Assembly (NCBI GenBank): GCA_965644265.1
Contig: OZ286467.1
Span: forward strand, 18,538,001 to 18,602,000
Reading direction: 5' to 3'
Origin: Glycera tridactyla
Taxonomy: Eukaryota
Length of the DNA: 64,000 nt
Positions within the stretch are counted from its first letter, which is position 1. Each line of letters begins with the position of its first letter. A model generated the notes under the pieces. That model made no database searches. It saw only the letters and a list, made by a program, of their open reading frames with translations, and was not told where the DNA came from. Made by a program: the position numbers and the translations under genes. Below, piece after piece: positions 49,379 through 62,120 of this stretch.

Positions 49379-52344
49379 ATGACAGCACCACGTAGAGATA
49401 AGTTTGTTTTCCCTCTACCGCATAGTTTCAATGATCTCGAGCACTGCTCTATGTCTCTGCCCAATTTGCCAGGTATATCCTATGCTAGCTTAAACATTCA
49501 TAGTCTCACCAGGAAGATTGATGAGATCTCTAGTATACTTCTTCTAAGCAAGCTGGATATCTTATGTCTTTCGGAAATTTCCTAAACACTTCCGTTGATG
49601 ATAGTGAACTTCTAATACCGGGTTACAATATTCTGAGACAAGATAGAACTTCGGAAAGTGGGAAAAGCGGAGGAGGTGGGCTTCTTGTGTACTACCGAGA
49701 CCAGTACAACATCTCACCTAATGAGTCGCTATGCACATGCAGTCCTGATGTCGAGATTATTAGTTTCAGTCTGAAACTGAAGAAAGCACGCCCCACTCAC
49801 TTCCTTCTTACATATTGGCCACCTGACAGATGTGTCAATACTGCCCTGGATGTGTTAGATGTGCGTATAACTTCTTCATCACTTAGTAATCTATCCGACC
49901 ATGTTTTGCTTGGTGACTTAAATATCGATCTTCTACAACCTGACAATCACAAAACCAAAGCATACCTCAACTTTTGCGAGAAACGCAACTTACATCAATT
50001 GATTACCACTATCACTAGGTATAATCAATCTGGTGGCACTTGCATAGACCATATTGCTGTCACTCGGCCTGACTTCTTCTCCCGCTATGGTAAGCTTGAT
50101 CCCTGTATCAGTGATCACAATCTCGTTTTCGTCAGTCGTCACCGCCAGAAGGTTCCGAAAGCCGAAATACCCTATGAATATAGATCCATCAGTGGCTTGG
50201 TACCTGATCTTTTTGCAACTGACCTGAGCAACTGTGATTGGGATAAAATTATTTCTTGCGATAACACTGATGAGGCATGTAAAATGTTTACCGAAATGTT
50301 CATCTCAGTTCTTAACAATCATGCCCCGAAACGCACCATAAACATACGTACTGACCACCAACCCTGGGTTACCTTTGAGTACAAGGCTATGATTGACTAC
50401 TGTGAGCATCGAGCCAAGTTTTGTAACCTGAGCCCATCTGATTACAATAAGGCAATGAAGAGAGAAGCCTTTCGAATGAAAAATGGGCTTGAGAAGAAGC
50501 TTAAGCGTGAATTTATTTCTAATTGCCTCCGTGATGCTGGGGACAACCCGAAAAAGGTATGGCAGCAAATCAGAAGATTTCGGCCCATGTCACAGAAAGT
50601 AGCAATCCAACCCCCCAAAAAGCCCAACGATCAAAATCCCGATCCTTCACCATCCGACATAGCTGAAGGGGTGAATGAGTTTTTTACCTCAATAGAAGCC
50701 ACCCTTGCAAGTCAAATCATGCCTGTTGATGCCTCTAATTTTCCTGGTATGAACAATCACCAGGTGCCCCCACCGACAAAGTTCTGTTTCACGGAGATCA
50801 GTCCCTCTATGGTCCGCGATGACATCTTTGAACTCAGCTCCTCCTCTGCAGCAGGGGAGGACATAATCACCAGCTACCTTCTGAAAATATCCGCAAATGT
50901 CATCAGTCTACCTCTGACCCACATATTCAACTTGTCGTTTAGATCAAATCTATTTCCTTCCGAATGGAAACACGCGGTGGTTACGGTCATACACAAGAGT
51001 GGTCCCTCCAGTGATTATGGAAATTTCCGACCGATTTTGCTCCTTCCTGTGTTAGGGAAGTTATTGGAACGCATTGCACATTCGCAGATATATGAATATG
51101 TCAGTGACCACAGTCTCTTAAGTGAGTCACAATTTGGGTTCAGGAAGGGGTACTCGACTGGCACTTGCCTCACCAGCCTACTTGATAATGTCTATCAAGT
51201 GGCTGATGAGGGTGGTGCTGCCGGAGTCCTCTTCCTGGACCTAAGAAAGGCTTTTGACACTGTGGATCATATGCTTCTTCAATCTGAGTTGAGCAATATA
51301 GGTATTGATGATGACAGCGTCTGCTGGATCACCTCATATCTAGAAGGAAGGTCACAGTCAACTAAGATTGGTGTCATAAGGTCGAGTCCACTACCTATTG
51401 AATATGGAGTGCCGCAAGGCTCAATTTTAGGGCCTCTTCTCTCTATACTCTATATTGACAAGTTAGGCAACATTCTCAAGCACACTTGCCCATTTCTATA
51501 TGCCGATGACACGGCCCTTCTAGCTACTGGTTCAAGCCCAGCTGAGATTGAGCGTAAGTTAAACTCTGACCTGGCCCAGGTTTCATTGTGGTTCAGATCT
51601 CGCAAACTTACGCTCAATCTAAAAAAGTCTAGTTGCATGCTATTTGGAACGTCTCAATGGCTTAGGAGATATGATCCTATTCATGTGAGATATAATAACG
51701 AGTCTGTTGAACAAGTCACTAAATTTAGGTACTTGGGAATTATCTTAGATCCTACCTTGACTTTCAAAGAGCATGCCAGCTACATTATCAGAAAGGTCAA
51801 CTTCCGCCGCAGAGCGTTGTCATACCTGCGACCTTCGATTAGTCTAGAACTAGCCCGGTACCTATATTTTAGTCTGATTCACCCACTATTCATTTATCTT
51901 GACCATGCTTATGATGCCTGTAATATGAATACCAGTTCACGCTTACAAACATGCCAAAACAGATGTCTCAGTGTGATTACTCAAAGTGGTTGGCACTACT
52001 CGGCAACTGACCTTCACAACATTCTGAACATCAGAACTCTGACAGATAGCAGACGTGTCAATACTATCCTTGAAACATACCGCATTTTGTCCGCTGCTGT
52101 GCACCATGGACATCCCTTACATTCAATGTTTGAATTTGCTGCTGCTCGTACTGAAGGCCCGATGACAAGGGCAAATTCCATGGTGGGTAATAGTAGACTC
52201 CTCACAGTCTGCAGAACACGAATTAGATTTGCTGACAGTAACATTAGAGTGAGGGGTAGTCTATACTGGAACAACCTCGACTCAAGTGTTAGAAGCTGTA
52301 CCACATTGTCTGCCTTGAAGCATGCGCTGAACGTCGCAGATTGA
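49379..52344 (+). pseudogene. Non-LTR retrotransposon ORF2 (APE + RT), CR1 group, with one frameshift near 49576
   Basis: ORF 49379-49585 (SLNIHSL, LDILCLSE) joins ORF 49564-52344 (FLN..., GGGLLVYY, GDLNIDL, CIDHI, SDHNLV, QFGFR, FLDLRKAFDTV, GVPQGSILGP, YADD, FRYLG, IRVRGSLYWNNL). The junction is consistent with a 1-nt loss in SE(T)FL. Confidence 0.95.
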
Positions 52345-52467
52345 TCTGTCTAGTTTGAGCCAAATTGTGACTGTAACTGTTTCCCCAGACTACAATCTGA
52401 GCAAGTGCACATTGCACGTCGCCATAGTCTACTATTGTTTATTGAATTGTGAATGCTTGGTGGGTTT

Positions 52468-52468
52468 T

Positions 52469-52500
<32 letters not shown>

Positions 52501-52502
52501 GC
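52468..52502. repeat. (TTG)n microsatellite in the LINE 3' UTR
   Basis: Direct reading. Confidence 0.93.
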
Positions 52503-52895
52503 TGATTCATAGTCTCTTGTACCATTGTTTCTTGTATCACACACACCATGTCAGCTTCCCTGCTCTTGTCTACTGCATATATGCCTCACTCTTTGAAAGC
52601 TACCATTATCCAAGGACCCACTTTGACTCAACACAGGGTTCCTTCACCCATGTTCCTGACTCCACAGCTCTCTCAGATGGCCATCACCAGTGACATTCAT
52701 ATACCTCCATAGTATCATCCATTCTATCATCCATTCACCTACTGCCCATTTTACATCGACGTCCCATCCTGTTTGAATACTCATGTTCGATCCAGACCTA
52801 TTCTGTGTCTCATCTTACCACACATAACTATTGTCCAATGTACTATGTTGTTTTTGTCATGTTCTATAATTAATTGTTTGCATAAGCACCTAATA

Positions 52896-52911
52896 TGACC
52901 CTTCGGGGTCA
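52896..52911 (+). other. 3' stem-loop of LINE (TGACCC-TTCG-GGGTCA)
   Basis: Perfect 6-bp stem with a cUUCGg tetraloop about 60 nt before the tail. L2-clade LINEs are known to use a 3' stem-loop for recognition by their RT; that role here is inferred. Confidence 0.6.
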
Positions 52912-52989
52912 GTTGTAAAAACTGTATACTCTCCTGTATATATGTTTAAATCTTATGCAATAAAAATATTTCTGATTCTGATTCTGATA

Positions 52990-53195
52990 AATCCTTCTCC
53001 ATAATTTGGATCATTTGAATCCATAACTCCTTTAGTGATCTTCAAAAATCGAAATTGGTGGAGCCTTAAGCATCTGAACATTTTGTTATTTCACTAATTC
53101 GAATTATGGTGATACATGAATCGATTTATGAGAGTCACTGATTTGAATTATGGAGAGCCATATTCCGTCAAGGAGAACTATAAATAGTTCACTGT
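52990..53195. repeat. MITE-like repeat, copy B (downstream of the LINE tail)
   Basis: CTCCATAATTTGGATC..GATTTGAATTATGGAGAG, same orientation as copy A; ends near ..TTCACTGTA. Confidence 0.6.
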
Positions 53196-53793
53196 ACCGA
53201 TCTTCCCAGTGCTGCTGTTAGCTATCCACGGGTGACAGGTCCGATCTTGGAAAGACACATCTCTTGTGAGTGCATCCAAATCTACGCTGAGATATCCATG
53301 TAGCTAGTTTGTAGTCACTTATCGTAGTTTGTTTGTCTGTTTGAAAAGCTTCATTCACATGAAGCATGGGCACTCAGGTGGTACTACATGCTTATGTGAA
53401 CAAAATAACATCAGACAAATGAAACGTCAGCACATATAGAACATAGGGAACTGGAAACAGAGGAAATCGCAGGCACACAGATAGGACAGGCTATTGGTAC
53501 AGGTGAGGAGGCAGGGAGGTTCGAGTTCAGTTTGAGATGTGGATTCAATATATTACAGGGCGTCATCAGGTAGGCAGTGTCACCGCTAACCTTTGACAAT
53601 TGTGTTTCGATCCCAGATCGGTGCTCACACCATCACCCAGCTCTGGTGATGTGTATTCACATTCGTATAGTTTACGTGCTTGCGGTGGCAGTTAGCGGCT
53701 TCTGCTGACTGATGGCGTTACATCATGATTCAACGCCGGCACGATGACGACTAAATGACGTCATCATGTCGTCACTGAATCAACACCTCAATC

Positions 53794-53865
53794 AGCCTGG
53801 TACCCGCCAACGACGCTAGATGGAGCAACTCAACTCCACCTAGCGTCGTTGGCGGGTACCAGGCT
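53794..53865. mobile_element. 72-bp hairpin / mini-MITE
   Basis: Perfect 26-bp inverted arms AGCCTGGTACCCGCCAACGACGCTAG (53794-53819) and its reverse complement (53840-53865), with further TGGAG/CTCCA pairing inside. Confidence 0.7.
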
Positions 53866-54371
53866 ACACCTTTGTTTGAGTGACGTCTAAAATCTTGGCG
53901 CTACTGACAGCAACATAATGAATTGCCCCTCATTGACCTTTCCTTCTAGGCTAGTCCTCTGTTTACACTAATTAACACATACATCAGTTGTTACTTAGCG
54001 TGGGTGCACTTATTCCGACCCACGACTGACCACTCTACCTTAACCACCCACATCCGGCCGCATCGTACCTGCCACCCGAACTGGTCACTTGCATGCTGAA
54101 TGTCCGGTGAGCACAAACTGGGTGATGCTCTCAGGCCCGTATCAAGTGCACAGATAGGGTCTTTGAGGACCTCCTCCCCTCCTGTTCGAATACGCCCTGT
54201 TCTCACTCACATGTCATTCCCAGTCTCAATATTTCTCCCACCCAGGACACATCAGGCAGGTTGCATAGGTTTTCACTTTCTGATATGAAATACAGCGAAT
54301 TCCCAGAATTTGCTCAGACAGCCACCTTTGGAATTCTTTTGAAGGTGAAGGTATCTTTGGATTGCAAGAGT

Positions 54372-54372
54372 A

Positions 54373-54409
<37 letters not shown>

Positions 54410-54520
54410 CTCTCTCTCCATCTCTCTATCTCTCACTCTCTCACTCACTCTCTCTCACTCTCTTTCTCTCGATTGTGAGTAGATTGAGATTGATCGATTG
54501 ATTGATTGTCTGATTAGCCA
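54372..54520. repeat. (CT)n followed by degenerate (GATT)n
   Basis: Direct reading. Confidence 0.92.
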
Positions 54521-57500
54521 ATTACCCGAGCTCAACAGGAGGGCATTGCTTTCAGTATGAGATGCAAGAATTCCTCCTCAAGACACATACCTGGGTAGAA
54601 AATGAAAAAGAGTTTAGGCCATAGAAACAGCAGGTAGCACTCGACACAATATATGCCAGTGTTGAGATTCCTACATCAGATATAGCCTCCACTTGTTACA
54701 TATCTGGAGCTCACCATACATACTTCTAAGTGTTGATATATGCCCAAACGTCTCAACCAACCAAACAACCCAACTTTTCAACCAACCGACAGGCAGACTG
54801 ATATATTGTCTTGTTTACTAATCATGGGAAATGGATAGACATCACCGAGTAGTTACAAGTATAAAAAAACGTGATTTTCGTCAGCATCGAACATGTGAAA
54901 TAACAAAACAAATGAAAACGTTTTCACGTAACTTATTCAGACCGTACGTCGGCATGCGCAACATTATTGGAATAGGACAAGTCTCACTTGCGGATGCCAA
55001 AGCAAAGACACAAGAGGGTAAATTGATTTATTGTTATCACCAAATCGGATTTGCGAGGCACTCAAACACACCCGACACTGAGTGTATGCACAGAGAAATA
55101 TCGATTCCGTCCAAATCAACAGAGCTAGTTATGGAGATCCCATCATAGCTGTCACCAGTATGGGAAGGAAATACATAAAAGACTCTGACATAATAATGAT
55201 AGTGATTTTGATAACACAAACGTTTTTTTCTGCCCGAAGATGCCTCATGAATGCTGCATTCTGAAGAAATAAAGTGAGTACTGTCAGCCCGATACGTCCA
55301 TATTCACACCCCGATTTCCCCATACACACATTAATTGATATACAAACACAAGGTCATTCCAATGCTAGATTGAATATTCGCATTTGGTCGAAGCCAGTCT
55401 ATGAACCTTCACCTGCAGAGCATCGCTGGAATGTAACATTGAAATAAGAAAATCAGCATAACATGTTCATTTTGTTGCTCTTCCGAGACAGATCAGCAAC
55501 ATGTGCTTCTTATCTTTCCCTCACAGACAAATGAGTGATCGGAGATGTTTGAGGAAAGAAAGGCTTCCGACTGTAGGATGATAGTACATCACCAAATCCA
55601 TGGAAAGATACTATAATGGTAACTACTATTACGGTATTGAATAGCTGAGGTTGTGTGGGAGAAGCATTGATTGGGGCATTTTGTGCATGCATATATCTGT
55701 AAAGAAGCAGAGAATCCACACGATATTATGAGAATGTGCGGTTCAAATATCTCGAGATATGCTCCGTTCGTTTGTGAAGTCGAGTGTAGCTTGGTGCGAG
55801 AGGATTCTGTCGGTAATAGCTAAGAATAATGTGAGATGGGATGAAAGACAATAGCAACCGAAGACTACTGCTTCCAAAAGTGTGTTTACATTATTGCTAT
55901 GCACACGGCCTCATCAACTTTGTTCTCAGGCATACACTTATCCAAGAACAGGCATGCCAGTTTGAAGAGCCGTGTGCTCAAATGGACTCGAATCAGTGGA
56001 ATCGACTCCAACTCCAGCGAAGACAGTCAGGGAAAGAGTGTTATTCGTCGATCTGGGAAAGTGCCCATCAGCGCAATCATTTTCTCGTTTGTACCCATGT
56101 ACAAATTTGACCAAAAAAAACCTGTGCATGCTCTGAATTCCAGATATTTCCAGTCATTTCTCCATTGCATATGAGGCAGTGAATCAATCTGATTGGACAG
56201 GACTGGACCAAGGTTTGTGATTCGTTGATATAATGAAAAATCTAGCATGAAGCGGAAAGACATCTGTTACCATCCAAGTGAAATATGCTGCAGCGAAGGG
56301 TCATAATGGTTGGGACAATTTATTCAATGAATCTACTCTCCTGTCACTCCACTATGGTTTATTGTATCCATGTACATCGTGGGAAGTCGTACCAGCTCTA
56401 AGAGATTGTTGATGGACATCGATATCATATCTTATGAGAGGCGGAACGATGATGTACCATGCCAGCTTTTAATGCATGCTGTGATGGGAGGTGATAGTGA
56501 GTGCAGCTCATGGCACGGGTGAAGTAGATGCACTCAGCATCTTGGACGAGGGATGTGTCCTGCCATCCATTATTGGCTACCACTTTGACATGGACTGTCA
56601 TAATATTCAAGCAATCTCGTTCTTTCATCATGACAGCCTATCACCGGTACAACCCAAAGTCTGGCCTATCATCCAGATTTAAAAGCGCTCCATATATCCT
56701 GTTTCTGAAAGTCAACATGTTCATGCAATACAAACGAAGCATGGTTTGGCCATTGTCACCATTGCCGAATCACTCGTGATCACCAGTGAGTGTGGCACAT
56801 GCCCATGGGCACTAGTAACTGCCAATATGTGTTGAATTCGTGATTAGGATGGTTATCCATGTGATAAAGGTTCTACTGACATTTCAAATGCTCGATGATC
56901 TTCCTTGAGTTCCATACGTGAGAGGAAGTCATAGCAACTAGACAGATGTAATTTCATGATAATCCAGACAACTTCCAGGATGTAACAAGTAAAAGTCTGT
57001 TCATATTCCTGCCAGTTCGATCAAGGAGATATTGTCGAGAGATGCAAAGATTTTGAGGTGAAGTGGCGGGACACCATATACTAGGTGAAGATTGGTGATT
57101 CATCAAGCAATATTGCTTATTTGTCGTTGGTTACCATAGTGACCACAAGGCAGAAAAGAAAACTGAATTGATAAATTGGTTAAATGTCATATGATCATAT
57201 GTCCTGGTTCCCACTCAAAATTCATGACTGTCATTATGACAAGATACATTGAGACAGTGATTTTCCTGTCGAATCTACTATCATCATTCAACATGTGAAC
57301 CTTAAGACACTGATAGCACCATTATTCCAAAATGTGGACTATATCTACGAAACGGCTTGCAAAACAACCACAAAACAGCTACAGATTAGTCAGAACAAGG
57401 CCTAAAAATGTGTCTTGAACGTAGGTCGCCTCATCTTTAGTTTCTACACCCAGAAATCGACAGAGATTCTCTTCTTACAGGATCAAAGAGATGTAGGAAC

Positions 57501-58065
57501 GTTTTGGTATGGCAACATGACTATCGTATATGACCGAATAAACGCGCAGTGTGCGAATCTATTCGAAACAAAATTTGGGGCAAAATCAATCCCCCAGATG
57601 TGCTAGCGAGACCGCAATGTTGACGTATCCCTGCCATCCTCACGCACCCACATATTGATACAGTATGAATTGATACCACCAAACACTTGTAAATCAACTG
57701 TATTCGCATATTTGATGTTCTGTGTAAATTACAGGATGTGCGTCTAATTAGGAATGGGCGTGTGTAGAGCAATATACGGTATCATCCATCTCCCTTGATT
57801 AAAATGAGAAGCCAGTCGAGATAACCTCGTCGTCAGAGGCAGTATTCTTCAGAACAACCTTGACAAAAACTAAAAGCGAGTGACGGACATTCATTCTTCT
57901 AGAAACAAACTGAAGTCTGGCATTTGACAGCTTAGATTCCCTCCTTTGGAGGCCTCATTATCATTCATTACCTGCCTAGTTGAATGACACAGCAATCGAA
58001 CATCAGTTTATGTAAAACATATATCATGTTTTTTCTTCGTTTTTTTGTGTCATATATTGTACAAA

Positions 58066-58067
<2 letters not shown>

Positions 58068-58108
<41 letters not shown>
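58068..58108. repeat. (TA)n microsatellite
   Basis: Direct reading. Confidence 0.97.
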
Positions 58109-58109
<1 letters not shown>

Positions 58110-61100
58110 GTCACTTCCAGATACGAGATCAATTGTTGAGAGGTTAATCAATAACAACTTTAGAACTTTAAAAGAAAATTAAATCAGTCCGATGTGTCGG
58201 AGGAAGTTGTGACTGGCAGGTAATGTCAGCGATTTACATCGGAATGCATCTCTCAGCTGACCGCCGCTACCATTGTTCTTGACATGTATTAAATTACCAC
58301 GGTAGTAGACATACTTCGTCTTATGCTCTTGATGTTGCAATAATATGTGCAGCATCTATCACATGAGAAATATTCCTTCAAATAAAAGATCAAAGCGAGA
58401 CATGAAACTGAGAATAGGGAGAATCTCCATTACATGGCCTTATCTTTGAGCTCTCAGGAATATTTAATCCATACCATTTATCACCTGTTCTTTAGTCTAC
58501 TAACGGTGGTCTGATGTTACTCATTACATAATATCCGATAGATAAGTGGCATGGACATTAGCCGTTGTCATGATTCGATGTCCATGAGACGCGCCAGACT
58601 CGACACCTAATACTGCAATATTTCTACAGTATAGGCTACCATATTTACACAGAGCCAATATATCTGCCTATTCCTACAGGGAGTCTGCCATGTCAACTCA
58701 TCCTTGTTGCATATTTATCAGTAGCATCTAGGGAACCTGGCCAATATACCACAAGTACGGAGCAGCATATCATAGCGTTCTCCTGATGAAGGGTTCAGAC
58801 ATTACGTTAGAGGACATGGGTTATCCGTGTTACTAGACCAAGTATGGATAGAATCCTATTTGATTTTCATTGCTGTCATGATGTCCTAAGCCATACCGAT
58901 ATGCATACTCGGAACTCCTACTCCAAATGATGATGAGTCCATTGAAATACTCTAAAGTAATGAATCCAAAAAAGGATAGAAAGACATGACACCATCCGAT
59001 GGATTGCACACATCATAATGATTATCGAGTGAAAATACATGATTGGTCGACATGCAAGATGTACGTTATCTTGACATGTTTAGAATGCATTCCTAGCACG
59101 TATCAGAAGTTGCCATGGAAATAAATGAGTCCATTACTCGAACATGTGATGTAACATTCATGATCATCACAGCCATAAGGGCAAAAATGAATAATTTAAT
59201 CACCTTCGAACTGATGAGAAATGTTTGTCTCACTCCCCGAAGAATGGATGTTTTCCAAGCCCAGACAACTAACCTTCATTGGTTGTCTGGATTGATGGCG
59301 ACTTAATTATGTTTAGTCAGAAGAAGATTTTTTAGCTGTTCTGGGAAGCTTAAAACGGACATCTCATTAGCACTTGAGTGTTTTCCAATCTCTGATTCTG
59401 TGGCTTCTTCAGCTTGCAACACTCACCTTCAGATCCTAATCAAGCGACAGACTCAAATTCCATGTGAATTGGACCACAAAGAATGTTCACTACTGAAGTT
59501 GGCATCTGATCAAATTAAATGTCAAGTATTCTCATGATCACCAGAAGCCTCATATAGGTGCAGCCTCCGACTACTTGGGTGAGATCAAAAAATGGCAGGA
59601 CATTGCACACATACGAATGAGAGTTCCTCATGTTTCCTCTCTCCAATAGCTAGCTCGCAATCATCAGGAAAACGGGAGAGTAGGATAGGCTGATTAATTT
59701 TGTATTGATCCGTTGTGATGCCTTTAGGTACTTGCAATTCGAAAGATTTGTTACCCCTGGAACAGGATGGACATTATATATAAGATCTTCAGATGCCACC
59801 AATACGTGAACGATAAGGCTGGATGGCCGGACCGGGAATCGGGGTCAGATAATGTCCACATTTGGTAAGTCAATATGTGTAGCGCATGGAGATGGGATTT
59901 CAAGCGATTTTCTGATATCACATTTCGACAAGGTTCCATTAGGTGTCACTTAACTACACGCCATAAATGGTACTCGAAAACAAAACCACTATCCCCAATC
60001 CTTAACTCATGAATTATAAGAATGTTCCACTGGAGTGGATGAATCTGAAAAGCGGATCATATGCTGACAGAAGAACTCGGTTTGGCACATTTCAGATAAA
60101 CTGATTATGAGAGTTCGTGGTATTGGTATTGTTTCGGCAGCTGCTGCAATTTCCCCTGGGGTCCCATCTCTGTTCATCTAAATGATAATAGTCTAGAACT
60201 GTTTATGATGGAGCAATCGTGCATATGGAAGCTGATGTCACTTGTCGTCACCTCACCGAATCAAAATAAAGATACATTCATAGTAATAATGCGTTCCCAC
60301 ACAGAGTAAAATCCATGGTAACTTCAGTCCATTTCTGATCGAATCATAAGAACCTTCCCCTATTGTCGCCGAAGTTTACTACCTCTTGAGGGGGGGGGGG
60401 GGCACTTCAAGAATATTGGTCCGGTGTGAGCGGGAGTAATCCATTGAAAAATCTTTTTCACTTCCTTGTGGAGCTCGAACGTTGGCAGTTGGCCAAGGCA
60501 AATGCTAAATTTGAAGGGATAACCAGGTTGTGTAATAACTGTGGGCAATTACATCTCAGATCGATAATACAAGATTATGTGGAAATGTTATATATAGATT
60601 AAAGACACTCTGGATGAAGAGTTATTACTGCTGAACGTCGACTATAGGTTCATACGTGTCTCGCATCTGGTGCTGATTGCAACAACTTTATGATGACGCA
60701 ACTTGATAATATAATTGCATCTGGCATTGGAGGGAGTATTCTGGATAGTCTGGAGAACATCTCTTTTCCTAACATCAGTGCAATATGCCTCCATGACTTA
60801 TACCATAGCTCCTCTGCTGCCCCGAGTACAATGAATGGTTGATATCGTTCCCCAACGGTCATTTGACAGCTCAAATCTCCTATCTTCCCCGAGCTCATCA
60901 CCTATCAGTGGAGCTAAAACCAATCTATCTGTCACTTTGTTCATCTATTTTTACAGTATCACACACTTCTCCCTTGATCATAATTGTACTCATTGTATAT
61001 TCCTGATAAGATATCACAAGAATGGGTATCAAAGCTGAGCCCAAAATTCCTTCATGATCCATATATGGTACTCAAAGCATCGGGAGGTATAATCGGAAGT

Positions 61101-61368
61101 ACTCGGACAGAGAGCTGCAGGGTAACTGAGTTCTCAGCATGGCTGCACCCATGATATCTTGCGCGAGGCAATTAGATAAGATCTTCACGGTGGCCCATAA
61201 ATGACATTCGAAAAAATAACTACGACCTTCATCATACCATACATTTGCACCATGGTAGAAATATGAATTTCCACTGTGGTTTCCATGTTTTTATTAGGGT
61301 GGTGAATAACTTCAAACGTGGTTGAAGCGTTTTCACTGCGGTGTTGGAACCTGTCCACTACGGACATT

Positions 61369-62120
61369 TGTCAGGGTCTAATATGGGCAGCAAACCCTAA
61401 CTGGATGCGCTGCCCATATAAGGCCAAGTCCCACATAAGACCCTGACCAGTAAGGGTCTAGTGTAGGCAGTAGCTGTTAACTGGAATCGCTGCTCAAATA
61501 ACGATCACTACCTATATGAGACTTAAAGGGCTTAAAGTTGTATGTTCGGTCGGGAAATAGGCTAGTCCCATATTAGGCCTACTACCCATATTAGATCCTG
61601 ACTGGTGTTCTCAATGGGGAATAGTCAATTTCGGCTAGTTTATGATGTGCATTGTGGACATGAACATGCATGGTCAATCAGAGTGACCTGATAGGTTGGT
61701 TTATAAGGCTTAAAATTGTATGTTTGGTCGGGAAATAGGCTAGTCCCATATTAGGCCTACTACCCATATTAGATCCTGACTGGTGTTCTCAATGAGGAAT
61801 GGTCAATTACGGCTAGTTTATGATGTGCATTGTGGACATGAACATGCATGGTCAATCAGAGTGACGTGATAGGTTGGTCTATAGGGCTAAAAGTTGTATG
61901 TTTGGTCGAGAAATAGGCTAGTCCTATATTAGGCTTACTACCCATATTAGACCCTGACCAGTCAGGGTCTTATATGGGTAGTGATCGTTATGTGGGCAGC
62001 GATTCCAGTTAACAGCTACTGCATACATCAGACCCTGACTGGTGAGGGTCTTATGTTTGACTTGGCCTTATATGGGCAGCGCATTCAGTAAGGGATTACT
62101 GCCAATATTAGACCCTGACA
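61369..62120. mobile_element. Foldback-like non-autonomous DNA transposon: 154-bp TIRs enclosing about 2.4 copies of a 178-bp tandem unit
   Basis: 61369-61522 and 61967-62120 are imperfect reverse complements, starting TGTCAGGGTCTAATAT. Internal units begin at about 61529, 61707 and 61885. No ORF. Confidence 0.88.

Larger units (their letters stand above)
43770..52988 (+). mobile_element. Apparently full-length CR1-group LINE (about 9.2 kb)
   Basis: ORF1 relic, spacer, ORF2, 3' UTR with (TTG)n, hairpin at 52896-52911, AATAAA at 52959-52964 and (TTCTGA)x3 tail at 52970-52988. The 5' boundary is inferred from a YY1-like GATGGCCGCC at about 43780 and the end of the upstream repeat. Confidence 0.75.

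Noticed and set aside
43761-52304. Minus-strand ORFs overlapping the second LINE (43761, 44848, 45802, 46544, 50305, 51450, 52014 and others)
   Set aside because: Antisense shadows of ORF1 and ORF2 with no independent motifs.
59427-59510. Strong minus-strand donor AAG|GTGAGT at about 59426
   Set aside because: The segment after the nearest acceptor has stops in all three frames.
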